From: Planctomycetota bacterium
GTDB lineage: Bacteria; Planctomycetota; JAJSAM01; JAJVHW01
NCBI GenBank assembly: GCA_024277065.1
Contig: JAJRVY010000060.1
Span: forward strand, 9,486 to 73,485
Direction: 5' to 3'
Length of the DNA stretch: 64,000 nucleotides
Shown piece by piece: positions 32,036-42,601 of the stretch (the first letter of the stretch is position 1; each line of letters opens with the position of its first letter). A program made the translations under genes and the position numbers. Below the pieces are notes generated by a model. It made no database searches and was not told where the DNA came from. It saw nothing but the letters and a program-made list of their open reading frames with translations.

Positions 32036-32270
32036 GAACGCCCTCCTCCTTCGGCCGAGGACGGCTAGGCTAGCAGCCTGTCGAAGGTTTGGCGCGGACG
32101 ACACGGGCCGTCGTCGCGCCGTTGCGTCGCTGAAACGGACGGCTGTGGGAGCCCGGCGTCACGAGCGAGGTTCCGTTGCGTGCGGGAGCGGCGAGGGCTA
32201 CGTTGACGGGTCGCCCGCCGCTCCAGCGACGGGCTTCTGCACCCCCCGAAAGGGAGAGGGATCGATCACG

Positions 32271-33941
32271 ATGGCTGAACGCAAGCTGCTCGGTGAACTT
32301 CTCATCGAACGCGCCGGGATCTCCGAGGAGGACGTGCAACGCGCACTGCGTGTCGCGCAGCAGCAGAAGATACGCATCGGCGACGCCCTGCTCCGTGCCG
32401 GCGTCGTGAACGAGGAGCAGGTCGCGCGCGCCCTCTGCACGCAGCTCCGGCTGCCGTTCGTCAACCTCTCCAAGGCGCGGCTGTCGCCGGCGACGGTCGC
32501 GTTGCTCGATCGCGAGCTCGTCGAGCAGTTCCGGGTCATTCCGGTGAAGAAGGACGGGGCGGGCCTCATCGTGGCCATCGACGACCCGGACCGCATGATG
32601 ACGCTCGACGACCTGCGCTTCCGGTCGGGCACCGAGTTCCGCTGCGCGCTGACGACGCCGGCGGCGTTCCGCGAGGCGCTGGCGGAGTACTACGACATCG
32701 TCTCGGATGCCGGCGCGATCGGCGCCGAGGCCGAGGCCGAGGGCGAGGACGAGGACGACGACGCGCCGATCATTCGGCTCGTCAACAAGATCCTGGAGGA
32801 CGCCCTCTCGATGCGGGCGTCGGACGTCCACATCGAGCCGTTCGCCGACCACCTGCGCGTGCGCTATCGCATCGACGGGCACTGCCAGGTGCAGGAGAGC
32901 CCGCCACGCCACCTCGCGCCGGCGATCCTCTCGCGCGTGAAGCTCATGGCGGGGATGGACATCTCCGAGAAGCGCAAGGCACAGGACGGCCGCATCAACA
33001 TCAAGCTGCTCGGGCGCGAGATCGACCTGCGCGTCTCGGCGCTGCCGGCGTACCACGGCGAGTCCGTCGTCTGCCGTATCCTCGATCGCGAGCAGGGTCT
33101 CATCTCGCTGCCGGCGCTGGGCTTCGCCAGCGAGGATTACCAGCGCTTCCTGAAGATCATCAAGCGGCCGAACGGTCTCTTCTTGGTCACCGGCCCGACC
33201 GGATCTGGCAAGACGACCAGCCTGTACGCGGCGCTGCGCGAGCTCAACCGGCCCGACGTCAAGATCATCACCGCCGAAGATCCGGTGGAGTACAACCTCT
33301 CGGGCATCAACCAGTGCCAGGTGCGCCACAACATCGGCCTGGACTTCACGCGCATCCTGCGCGCGATGCTGCGCCAGGCGCCCAACATCATCCTCGTGGG
33401 TGAGATCCGTGACCGCGAGACGGCCGAGATCGCCATTCAGGCGTCCTTGACCGGTCACCTCGTCTTCTCGACGCTGCACACCAACGACTCGACGTCTGCG
33501 CTGACACGCCTGATCGACATGGGCATCAAGCCGTTCCTCGTCTCGACGGCCGTGATGGCCGTCATGGCGCAGCGCCTGATCCGGCGCCTCTGCCCGCACT
33601 GCAGAGAGGAGTACGTGCCGACCGACGTGGAGCTGCGCAGCATCGGGCAGACCCCGGCGGCGCTCGAGGGCGTCACCGTGTATCGCCCCGGCGGCTGCGC
33701 GGAGTGCAACCAGTCGGGGTATCGTGGACGTATCGGTGTGTTCGAGCTGTTCAAGCTCGACTCGACGATTCGTGAGATGTGCTTCCGAGGCACCGGCTCA
33801 CTGAAGCTCCGCGAGCAGGCCAAGGTCGCCGGCGGCCTCGTCTCCCTGATGGATGACGGTGTTCGGAAGTTCCTCGCCGGGGACACCACGATCGAAGAGG
33901 TGCTCACCGTGGCAGTCGCCGGTGAGGCCGCTGCTGCATGA
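32271..33941 (+). CDS. pilB: PilB/GspE family assembly ATPase (copy 1)
   Basis: MshEN-like N-terminus (KLLGELL...RIGDAL), ASDVHIEP, GPTGSGKTT, LRQAPNIILVGEIRD, TGHLVFSTLHTN, tetra-Cys. Confidence 0.92.
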   Translation: MAERKLLGELLIERAGISEEDVQRALRVAQQQKIRIGDALLRAGVVNEEQVARALCTQLRLPFVNLSKARLSPATVALLDRELVEQFRVIPVKKDGAGLIVAIDDPDRMMTLDDLRFRSGTEFRCALTTPAAFREALAEYYDIVSDAGAIGAEAEAEGEDEDDDAPIIRLVNKILEDALSMRASDVHIEPFADHLRVRYRIDGHCQVQESPPRHLAPAILSRVKLMAGMDISEKRKAQDGRINIKLLGREIDLRVSALPAYHGESVVCRILDREQGLISLPALGFASEDYQRFLKIIKRPNGLFLVTGPTGSGKTTSLYAALRELNRPDVKIITAEDPVEYNLSGINQCQVRHNIGLDFTRILRAMLRQAPNIILVGEIRDRETAEIAIQASLTGHLVFSTLHTNDSTSALTRLIDMGIKPFLVSTAVMAVMAQRLIRRLCPHCREEYVPTDVELRSIGQTPAALEGVTVYRPGGCAECNQSGYRGRIGVFELFKLDSTIREMCFRGTGSLKLREQAKVAGGLVSLMDDGVRKFLAGDTTIEEVLTVAVAGEAAAA

Positions 33942-34008
33942 TCCAACCGTGGCGTGCTCGGACTTGCTCGGGAGTCACGAGGCGCATCCCATCGCAAGCT
34001 GAGAGAGC

Positions 34009-35163
34009 ATGGCCTACGACATCTTCCAACTGATGGACTTCATCCACGAGAAGGGCGGTTCGGACCTCCACCTGGCCGTGGGGCGTCCGCCGACCATCCG
34101 TCTGAACGGCCGTATGCGCGCGACCCGCACGACGCCGCTCACGGCCGACGACACGATCCACCTCTCGAACCAGCTCATGCCGCCCCGCATGAAGCTCGAG
34201 TTCCGGGAGAAGGGCGGCGCCGACTTCAGCTACGCGCACGGCGACAAGTGCCGCTTCCGCGTGTCGGTCTACCGGCAGAGGGGCTGCGTCGGCATGGCGC
34301 TGCGGCTGCTCCCGACGCGCATCCTCTCGTTCGAACAGATCGGGCTCCCGATGCAGGTCAAGGACCTGCTGGATCGCCCGCGTGGGCTGATCCTCGTCAC
34401 CGGCCCCACCGGGAGCGGCAAGACGACGACGCTCGCGACGATGGTCGATCACCTGAACTCGCACTTCGACCACCACATCGTCACGATCGAGGACCCCATC
34501 GAGTACTACCACGAGCACGGCAAGGGCATCATGACCCAGCGCGAGCTCGGTACCGACGTCGGCACGTTCCACGAGGCGATGCGGCGCGTGCTGCGCATGG
34601 ACCCCGACGTGATCCTGCTGGGCGAGATGCGTGACCTCGAGACGATCTCCACGGCGATCACAGCGGCCGAGACCGGCCACCTGGTGCTCGGCACGTTGCA
34701 CACGACCGGCGCCGCGCGCACGATCGACCGCGTCATCGACTCGTTCCCGGCCGAGCAGCAGGAGCAGTGTCGTGCGCAGCTCGCCGTCTCGCTGCTGGCT
34801 GTCGTCTCGCAGGTGCTCATGCCGCGCGCCGATCGCGACGGCGTCGTCGCGGGCTTCGAGGTCATGATCATGACACCGGCCATCGAGAACCACATCCGCA
34901 AGAACGAGACGTTCAAGATCAAGAGCACGCTCCAGACCTCGCGCAACCTCGGCATGACGCTGCTCGACGACCACCTGTGGGAGCTCTACAAGTCGGGCCA
35001 GATCGCCAGGGAAACGCTGCTGCAGAAGTGCACCGATCCCAAGGAGCTGCAACAGAAGCTCGACTTCGATCAGCTCGGCGGCACGGGAGGGAACGGCGGC
35101 GCCGGGGACGAGGCCGCCGTGAGCGGCGGCAGCGGGCTGTTCGGACGAAAGAAGGGCGGTTAG
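34009..35163 (+). CDS. pilT: Type IV pilus retraction ATPase
   Basis: SDLHL, GPTGSGKTTT, TIEDPIE, DPDVILLGEMRD, AAETGHLV, AIENHIR (AIRNLIRE-like). Confidence 0.93.
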   Translation: MAYDIFQLMDFIHEKGGSDLHLAVGRPPTIRLNGRMRATRTTPLTADDTIHLSNQLMPPRMKLEFREKGGADFSYAHGDKCRFRVSVYRQRGCVGMALRLLPTRILSFEQIGLPMQVKDLLDRPRGLILVTGPTGSGKTTTLATMVDHLNSHFDHHIVTIEDPIEYYHEHGKGIMTQRELGTDVGTFHEAMRRVLRMDPDVILLGEMRDLETISTAITAAETGHLVLGTLHTTGAARTIDRVIDSFPAEQQEQCRAQLAVSLLAVVSQVLMPRADRDGVVAGFEVMIMTPAIENHIRKNETFKIKSTLQTSRNLGMTLLDDHLWELYKSGQIARETLLQKCTDPKELQQKLDFDQLGGTGGNGGAGDEAAVSGGSGLFGRKKGG

Positions 35164-35165
35164 CG

Positions 35166-36833
35166 GTGCCCCCCAGGAAGCAACTGATCGGGCAGATCAT
35201 CAAGGGCATGGGCATCGGCGTGCACGAGGGCATGATCCAGGAAGCCCTCATGACCCAGCGCCAGGGCGGCGGGCAGATCGGGCAGATCCTGATCGGCATG
35301 GGGCATCTGACCGAGGCCGAGTTGACGCTGGCGCTCGGCATGCAGGCCGGGCTCGACGTCGTGGATCTCGAGGCCGATCCGCCGGATCCCGCGCTCGTCG
35401 CGCAACTCGACCCGGCCATGGCCGAGATGTTCGCCGTCTGTCCGGTGCGCATGGAAGGCGACAAGATGGTCGTCGCGGTCAGTAACCCGCAGAACCTGTC
35501 GGTGCTGGACGACCTGCGCTTCGTGCTCAACTGCGAACTGGTGCCGGCGCTCGCCGACGAGGCGCAGATCCGTCGCGCGCTGAAGGGCGCGGCGCCCGAC
35601 GATTCGGAGGCCACCGCGCGGGCCGCAGCCGCGGCGCTCGAGAGCGAGGACGAGGGCAACGTCAACGCGGCGCCCGTCGTCAAATTGCTGAACTACATCA
35701 TCCTGCAGGCCGTGCGGGACAAGGCATCGGACATCCATCTCGAGCCCTTCGAGCACGACTTCAAGGTGCGCTACCGCGTGGACGGCGTGCTCTACGAGCT
35801 CGAGCCACCGCCGCAGCACCTGGCGACGGCGCTGATCAGCCGCGTCAAGGTCAAGTCCGGCCTGGACATCGCGGAGACGCGGCTCCCGCAGGACGGGCGC
35901 ATCGACATGGCGGTCGGCGGCCGCAGCGTCGATCTGCGTATCTCCACGCTCCCGACCATGTTCGGTGAGAGCTGCGTGATGCGCGTACTCGACCGCTCCG
36001 TCATCTCCCTGGACCTCGAGCAGGTCGGCATGCGGCCCGACGAACTCGTGACGTTCCGCGAACTCCTCGGGCGTCCGCACGGCATCGTGCTCGTCACCGG
36101 GCCTACCGGCTCGGGCAAGACCACAACGCTCTACTCCGCGCTCAACGAGGCCAACGATCCGGCGACGAAGATCATCACCACCGAGGACCCCGTCGAGTAC
36201 GACCTCGACGGCATCATCCAGGTGCAGGTGAACGAGGAGGTCGGGCTGACGTACGGCCGCGCGCTGCGCTCGATCCTGCGTCAGGACCCCGACACCATCC
36301 TCGTCGGCGAGATCCGCGACCGCGAGACGTCGTCCATCGCCATCGAGGCGGCGCTGACGGGGCACCTCGTCTTCTCGACCGTGCACACCAACGACGCGCC
36401 GCTCGCCGTGACGCGCATGCTCGATCTCGGCGTCGAGCCGTTCCTGCTCACGGCGACCCTCGAGGCCATCGTCGCGCAGCGGCTCGTGCGCAAGATCTGC
36501 ATCGCGTGCAAGGAGATGTACGACCCGTCGGACGACGTCCTCATGGAACTGGGGCTGACCGCCGAGGACGTCGTCGGGAAGCAGTTCGCCGTCGGTCGTG
36601 GCTGCGATGCCTGCCATTTTACGGGCTTCAAGGGCCGCCGCGCGCTGTTCGAGATCCTGATGCTCTCGGACCGCATCCGCGAACTGATCATGGACGGCGC
36701 CGCGACCGACCAGGTGCGCGCCGTCGCCAAGGAGCAGGGAATGCGCTCGCTGCGCGACTCCGGGCTCCTGGCGATCTTCGACGGCTTCACGACCGTCGAG
36801 GAGGTCCTGCGCGAGACGATCGACATCATGTGA
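35166..36833 (+). CDS. pilB: PilB/GspE family assembly ATPase (copy 2)
   Basis: ASDIHLEP, PQDGRI, GPTGSGKTTTLY, LRQDPDTILVGEIRD, tetra-Cys. GTG start just after the pilT stop. Confidence 0.92.
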   Translation: MPPRKQLIGQIIKGMGIGVHEGMIQEALMTQRQGGGQIGQILIGMGHLTEAELTLALGMQAGLDVVDLEADPPDPALVAQLDPAMAEMFAVCPVRMEGDKMVVAVSNPQNLSVLDDLRFVLNCELVPALADEAQIRRALKGAAPDDSEATARAAAAALESEDEGNVNAAPVVKLLNYIILQAVRDKASDIHLEPFEHDFKVRYRVDGVLYELEPPPQHLATALISRVKVKSGLDIAETRLPQDGRIDMAVGGRSVDLRISTLPTMFGESCVMRVLDRSVISLDLEQVGMRPDELVTFRELLGRPHGIVLVTGPTGSGKTTTLYSALNEANDPATKIITTEDPVEYDLDGIIQVQVNEEVGLTYGRALRSILRQDPDTILVGEIRDRETSSIAIEAALTGHLVFSTVHTNDAPLAVTRMLDLGVEPFLLTATLEAIVAQRLVRKICIACKEMYDPSDDVLMELGLTAEDVVGKQFAVGRGCDACHFTGFKGRRALFEILMLSDRIRELIMDGAATDQVRAVAKEQGMRSLRDSGLLAIFDGFTTVEEVLRETIDIM

Positions 36834-37194
36834 CGGGGGGGCGTGCACGGCGTTTGCTGACGCAAACTCCGCGCCCGCTGTCGTTCTCTGACCGCTGCGC
36901 GGTCGGCGGGATGGCCCCTACGCGAGCGCCGGCCCGCCGGCCCGCCTGCTCCGCTCTCGGTCACGGCGCTTGCTCCGCAAGCCCCGCGCCCTCGGGTGGC
37001 GTCCGGCAGATTCGTGGGCGAACTCGTCCCGAGCCTGCGTGACCTCTGTCTGCAACTCAACTTTCCGCGTGCCGAGAGGCACCGCCCGGCTGTACAGTCT
37101 CGGGCGACGTGGGAAGTCACCCGACACGACGTGACCGCGCCCGTGGTGGGGGCGATCCGTGGTCGGTTCTGTGTACGCGCTCAGGGAGGTGAGG

Positions 37195-38316
37195 ATGCCA
37201 CCGAAGGCGTCGTCCGGCGGCGGTGGGGGCTCGAAGACTCGGGTCAGCGACAAGGTGCTGACCGACTTCACGTCGAATCTGGCGATCCTGCAGGACGCCG
37301 GATTGCCAATCGTCCGCTCGCTCAAGATCCTCGAGGGGCAGACGAAGGTCGGGCCCTTCAAGAAGACCATTACCGGGGTCTACGAGGACGTTGAGTCCGG
37401 GAACTCGCTGTCGGAGGCGATGGCCAAGCATCCCCGCGTGTTCGACTCGCTCTACACCAACATGGTCAAGGCGGGCGAGGCGGGCGGTATCCTCGACACG
37501 ATCCTGCAGCGCCTCTCCGAGTTCAAGGAGAAGAGCCAGCGGCTCAAGCGCAAGGTCCAGGGCGCGATGTTCTACCCGGTGGTGGTGACCATCGTGGCCA
37601 CCGGCCTGCTCGGGTTCATCATGGTCTTCGTGGTGCCCAAGTTCAAGCAGGTGTACGCCACGCTGACGACCCCGGACGGTCGCAAGATCGAACTGCCCGA
37701 GATCACGACGCTCCTCCTGAACGCCGCGGAGTGGCTGACCAAGGGCACCGAGAGCATACGCATCCCCGGCATCCTCATCGTGCCGGTGGTCGTCATCCTC
37801 ATCGGAATCGTCCTGAAGATGGTCGGACGCACGCCGGGCGGCCGCAGTTTCTACGACAACCTCGCGCTGCGGTCGCCGATCCTCGGTCCCGTCGTGCGCA
37901 TGACGATCGTCGCGCGCTTCACGCGCACGCTCGGCACGCTGCTCAACTCGGGCGTGCCGATCCTCGAGGCCCTGTCGATCTGCAAGGGCTCCATGGGCAA
38001 CGTCCACCTCCAGACCGCGCTGCAGAAGGTGCACGACGCGATCAAGGAAGGCGAGACGATGGCCGAGCCGCTCGGCAAGAGCGGCATCTTCGACGACATG
38101 GTCGTCAACATGATCGACGTCGGTGAGGAGACGGGTGAACTCGACAAGATGCTCATCCGCATCGCCGACAACTACGACGAGCAGGTCGATGTCAAGTTGA
38201 ACGCGCTGATCTCGATCCTCGAGCCCGCGCTGATCGTGGTGATGGGCGGCGTCGTGGCGGTGATCGTGTTCGCCATCTTCCTGCCGATGCTCAAGATCGT
38301 CGAGTCCATCGGCTGA
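37195..38316 (+). CDS. pilC: PilC/GspF inner-membrane platform protein
   Basis: AGLPIVRSL, NMVKAGEAGG, SGVPILEAL, VGEETGELD, LEPALIV, AIFLPM. Confidence 0.93.
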   Translation: MPPKASSGGGGGSKTRVSDKVLTDFTSNLAILQDAGLPIVRSLKILEGQTKVGPFKKTITGVYEDVESGNSLSEAMAKHPRVFDSLYTNMVKAGEAGGILDTILQRLSEFKEKSQRLKRKVQGAMFYPVVVTIVATGLLGFIMVFVVPKFKQVYATLTTPDGRKIELPEITTLLLNAAEWLTKGTESIRIPGILIVPVVVILIGIVLKMVGRTPGGRSFYDNLALRSPILGPVVRMTIVARFTRTLGTLLNSGVPILEALSICKGSMGNVHLQTALQKVHDAIKEGETMAEPLGKSGIFDDMVVNMIDVGEETGELDKMLIRIADNYDEQVDVKLNALISILEPALIVVMGGVVAVIVFAIFLPMLKIVESIG

Positions 38317-38340
38317 TCCGGCCGCAGACGTGTTCTCCCG

Positions 38341-38370
38341 CGCCCCCCGTCGCGATCGCGGCGGGGGGCG
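38341..38370 (+). terminator. GC-rich stem-loop after pilC
   Basis: CGCCCCCCGTCGCG-AT-CGCGGCGGGGGGCG inverted repeat. Confidence 0.5.
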
Positions 38371-38469
38371 TCTCCCTTGTCGTTGCCGCTCGCGTCCTGT
38401 CGGGCGCGCCGAATGGCGCGGCGAGGCGTGTTCCGCGCGGCGTCGGCACTGTAGCCTGAGGCGAGCACC

Positions 38470-39963
38470 ATGACGCTCCGCTCGAGGCTGTTCGGCGCCA
38501 TCGGGATCGCGCTCTCCGCGATCCTCGCCGTACTCGTTGCCGTGACGCTGTCACTCGAATGGTCGCGCGTGCAGCGCATTCGCGGTGTGCACGAGACGGC
38601 CGTCGAGTTCGCCGCCAGCCTTGCCGCCTCCGTGCCCTACGAGGCCTATCGCGACACGCTGCTCCTGCGTGACGGCGAGCTGCACGAGAGCATCGCGTCG
38701 CTCGCCGTCTTCGGCGTCGATCGGCGCAAGGAGCCCGAGCCCGAGCCGTCCGCGCAGTTCGGCGAGATCGCGACCGACCCGGCGGTCCTGCGCCGTGCCC
38801 TCCCGCTCGTACGGCGCGTGCTGGAGACCGGCGACGGCGTGCGCGAGGGCGTTGCGGTCGCGGTTCTCGTCCCGCGCGGGCGCGCCGGGCGCGCCGGAAG
38901 CGTCGCGGCGCAGGCCCGTCCGCAAGTCGTCTTCCTGGAACTGCGTCCCCTCGAACTCGATCCCGTGACCGTCAGCCGCGTCACGTTCCTCGTCATCGTG
39001 GCCTCCGGAGCACTGTTGTTGCTCGGCACGTGGCTGATCGTGGACCGCGTGGTCGTGCGCCCCCTGCGGAGCGTCGTGAGCGGCGCGCAGCGGGTGGCCG
39101 AGGGCAACTACGCGGAGCCCGTGCCGGACTCCGGGGCGCAGGACGAGATCCAGATGGTCGTCGAGTCCTTCAACGCCATGATGCGCGAGCTCGGGACGTT
39201 GCACGAGCGCATGCAGGAGCGCATCGGCTACGCCCTGCGGCGCGCCCACCGCACGCAGGACTCACTGGTCATCGCGCAGCGTCTCGCCGCCACGGGCACG
39301 CTGGCCGCCGGCATCGCCCACGAGGTCAACAACCCTCTCGGCGGCATGCTGAACGCCGTCCACGCGCTGCGGACGAAGGAGATGAAGCCGGAGCGGCGCG
39401 AGGAGTATCTCGGGCTCATCGAGGACGGCCTGACGCGCATCCAGCAGACGGTGGCCAAGATCCTGCGCTTCACGCCGCACAGCGTCGCGCCGCAGGCGGT
39501 GGACCTCGCCGACGTCGTGCAGCCGGCGCTGGCCCTCGTGCGCCATCGCTTCGAACGTGAGGGCGTCGAGCTCGTCGTGACGGTGCCCGACGCGCCCGCC
39601 GTGGTGTTCGGCGATTTCTACGAGCTGCAGCAGGCGCTCCTCAACGTCGTCCTGAACGCGCTCGACGCCATCGCCGATGCCGGCCGTGAGGACCCGCGCA
39701 TCGACGTGGTGCTGGAGATCACCGAGAGTGAGATCCAACTCACGGTTCGCGACAACGGCACCGGCATGGACGAAGCGGACGTGCCCCGCGCGTTCGATCT
39801 CTTCTTCACGACCAAGGAGCAGGGCAAGGGCACCGGTCTGGGGCTGGCGACCGTGCACAAGATCCTCGACGACCACGGGGGCCGCGTCGTCCTGCAGCCA
39901 CGACCGGGTGAGGGGCTGGACGTCACGTTCGTGCTGCCGCGTCATTCCGCGACGCGCCGGTGA
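38470..39963 (+). CDS. HAMP-domain sensor histidine kinase
   Basis: Two TMs, HAMP, H-box AGIAHEVNNPL, N-box NALDA, G1 DNGTG, F-box FFTTK, G2 GTGLGL. Confidence 0.93.
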   Translation: MTLRSRLFGAIGIALSAILAVLVAVTLSLEWSRVQRIRGVHETAVEFAASLAASVPYEAYRDTLLLRDGELHESIASLAVFGVDRRKEPEPEPSAQFGEIATDPAVLRRALPLVRRVLETGDGVREGVAVAVLVPRGRAGRAGSVAAQARPQVVFLELRPLELDPVTVSRVTFLVIVASGALLLLGTWLIVDRVVVRPLRSVVSGAQRVAEGNYAEPVPDSGAQDEIQMVVESFNAMMRELGTLHERMQERIGYALRRAHRTQDSLVIAQRLAATGTLAAGIAHEVNNPLGGMLNAVHALRTKEMKPERREEYLGLIEDGLTRIQQTVAKILRFTPHSVAPQAVDLADVVQPALALVRHRFEREGVELVVTVPDAPAVVFGDFYELQQALLNVVLNALDAIADAGREDPRIDVVLEITESEIQLTVRDNGTGMDEADVPRAFDLFFTTKEQGKGTGLGLATVHKILDDHGGRVVLQPRPGEGLDVTFVLPRHSATRR

Positions 39964-40025
39964 CGCAACGCGGGTACCCTGTGCGCCCGCCGCGGACCGT
40001 CGCCGCGACGCACCGGAGGTTCATC

Positions 40026-40481
40026 ATGCGCGATCCACGCAACGTCGTCATCGCAGGCCTCGGCCTGGCCTGCGCGTTCCTGCTCGGGACGCTCGCCACG
40101 CGTCCCGCCGAGCCCGCCTGGGCCCAGCAGGCAGGCTCGGGCTCGTACGGTTCTGCGACCGTTGCGGCCAACGCCCGCTTCATCGCCGCCACAGGCTCGG
40201 TGGGCAGCGGGATGAGCGTGCTCTGGCTCATCGACACCGAGGCTCGGCGTCTGGTCGTCTATGGCGCCAATAGCATGGGGAAAAGTATTGAGTTGCGTGC
40301 AGCGCGAAACATAGAGTGGGATCTCAGACTCGACGAGTACAACGACGAGTCGCAGTACAAGGCTGAGGATCTGGAGCGACTGTCCCGTCGCCAACAGGCC
40401 AAGAAGGCCCCGCCCAAGAACGACCAACCGGCCGTCCCTGGGGCACCGGGACCGTCGGGGTCCGGAGACGGGAACAAGTAG
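40026..40481 (+). CDS. Secreted hypothetical protein
   Basis: GGAGG RBS; signal peptide ending in AWA-Q; beta-rich core (LWLIDTEARRLVVY...AARNIEWDL). Confidence 0.75.
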   Translation: MRDPRNVVIAGLGLACAFLLGTLATRPAEPAWAQQAGSGSYGSATVAANARFIAATGSVGSGMSVLWLIDTEARRLVVYGANSMGKSIELRAARNIEWDLRLDEYNDESQYKAEDLERLSRRQQAKKAPPKNDQPAVPGAPGPSGSGDGNK

Positions 40482-40521
40482 CGCAGGCACGAGTACGGAT
40501 TGCGGGACGCAACCGCCGGAG

Positions 40522-41178
40522 GTGACGAGAGTGGGCAAGAGCGGCGAGTTCTTCACGTTCGACGAGGTCCTGAACAAGCTCGAGATCGACGAGACCAAGC
40601 TGAAGCGGCTGGTCTCCGAGGGCGAGATCCGGGCCTTCCGCGAGGGCGACGAGATGAAGTTCCGGCGCAGTGACGTCGAGAACCTCGACGTCGTCGGGGC
40701 ACACTCGGAGGAGGAGACCGGGGTCATCGACCTGTCCGCCGGATCGGACTCTTCGGAGACTCTGACCGACGACCTGATCTTCGACGAGGGCGACGACCTC
40801 GACCTCAGCGCCGACGCCGGCATGGCGACGGCCGAGATCTCCAGCCAGGACACCCTGGTGGACGAGGAGATCGGGATGAGTACCGAGCCCCTCGGCATGG
40901 ACGCCGGCGACATGACCGAGGTCATCGAGCCCGAGGACAGCGCCGTTCCGGTGATGACCGCGACCAAGTCGCGGCGTCCCGACCGTCAGCCCGTTGCCGA
41001 GCAGCAGCCCAGCGACATCGTCTGGGCGATGGTGATGACCGTCACGGCCGTCTTCATGATCCTCGGTGCGATCGTTGTCATGGGTATCCGCGACGCGGCC
41101 ACGGCCAGTGGCACACCGGCCCCGGTCGCGACGCAACTCGCCGGCACGTTCGGCTCCTCCGACGTCCAGCAGAACTAG
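40522..41178 (+). CDS. Excisionase-type HTH (HTH_17-like) protein with acidic linker and C-terminal TM
   Basis: FFTFDEVLNKL...LVSEGEIRAFREG..KFRRSDVE, then a D/E-rich linker and one TM. Start approximate. Confidence 0.75.
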   Translation: MTRVGKSGEFFTFDEVLNKLEIDETKLKRLVSEGEIRAFREGDEMKFRRSDVENLDVVGAHSEEETGVIDLSAGSDSSETLTDDLIFDEGDDLDLSADAGMATAEISSQDTLVDEEIGMSTEPLGMDAGDMTEVIEPEDSAVPVMTATKSRRPDRQPVAEQQPSDIVWAMVMTVTAVFMILGAIVVMGIRDAATASGTPAPVATQLAGTFGSSDVQQN

Positions 41179-41375
41179 TTCTCGGCAGGTCATCGTGGGG
41201 TCGTACCGCGACGCGGTGCGGCCCCGCTGCGATTCCCCGCGGGATCTCGCGTGAGGGCCACCGTGGCATGAGATCCTCGAGAAGATGCCGGAGGCGAACG
41301 CGCTCCCCGCGCGTCCAAACGACAGTGCCCGTGTTCCCTCGCTCTCTGCAACTGCGCCGGCTCGCACCCGGCGCC

Positions 41376-42587
41376 ATGGTCCTCGTCGCGGCGCTCCTCG
41401 TGACCGCCGTGACGGCCATGCCCGTCGCGGCCTCGCCGGGCGGTGAGGCCGTGCGCTGGAACGAGCGCGGACTGACCCTGACGGAGGAGAGCCGCCACGC
41501 GGAGGCCGTCGAGGCGTTCCGCCGCGCCCTGGCCGCCGCGCCGGACGACGCCACCATCCGTCGCAACCTGGCGCTGGCGCGTTCGAACCTGGCCGTGAAG
41601 CTCCTGGCCGAGGGCGATCTCGAGCACGCCTCGCACAATGCGGAAGAGGCTCTGAAGCTGCAGCCAGGCGACCCCATCGTCGTGCTCAACGTGGCCGCCT
41701 GCGAGGACGAGAAGGGGTATCCGGCCAGGGCCGCGGCACTCGTGCGTCGTGCTCGCAAGGTCGGCGAGGACGTGCCGCAGGTGCGCTAGCGCATGGGCGC
41801 CGTCCTTTACCGCGAGGGCGACCTCGCCGGGGCCATCGGGGGGTGGCGTGCCGCACTCGCGCTGGATCCCGCCGACGCCGCGCTGCGCGCGCGCCTCACG
41901 CGCGCGCGCAGCGCGGCGGACGTCGAGGCGACGTTGACGCCGCGGCTCTCGTCGCACTTCGAGGTGCTCCACGACGCGGAGAGCGCGGTCCTGGCCTCCC
42001 TCGTGCTGCGCGAACTCGAGGACGCGTACCGCATCGTGAACGCCGACGTGCAGCATGCGCCCGCCGGACTCGTCAAGGTGGTGCTGCTCTCGACCGAGCA
42101 GTTTCGCGCTACGACGGGTACGAGCACATGGGTCGCCGGCCTCTACGACGGACGCATCCGGCTCCCGGTGAAGGGCCTGAGCGACCGCGCTGCGCTGCTC
42201 GCCAGAGCGCGCCACGAGTATGTCCACGCCGCGCTCGCGCCGCTGGGCAAGCGCGCTCCGTCGTGGTTGCACGAGGGCCTCGCGCAGATCCACGAGGGCC
42301 GCTCCGTGGACGCCGCAGGGCAGCGCGTGGCGCGCGCCGCTGCGGTGCCCTTCGACGGACTCACGCGTAGCTTCGCGGCGACGCAGGCGGCCGCGCACGC
42401 GCGGCTGCAGTACGACACCGCGCTGTCCTTCGTCGGCTGGCTGCGCAGCGGCGAGCGGGGCAGCAGCTTCCGGCTCGCGATGCAGCGGCTGTTCGAGGAT
42501 CACACGCTCGCCGAGGCGTTCGGCGACGCCTACGAGGCCGACCTCCCCGCGCTCTACGGCGTGTTCCAGGCCGCTCGGCGCCGCTGA
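41376..42587 (+). CDS. Secreted TPR + gluzincin (peptidase MA-like) protein, interrupted by an in-frame TAG at 41787-41789
   Basis: Signal peptide; the TPR repeats continue in frame across the TAG (VPQVR*RMGAVLY); HEYVH...PSWLHEG zincin motif. Either a pseudogene or a base error. Confidence 0.75.
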
Positions 42588-42601
42588 GCGCAGCTACGCG
42601 G

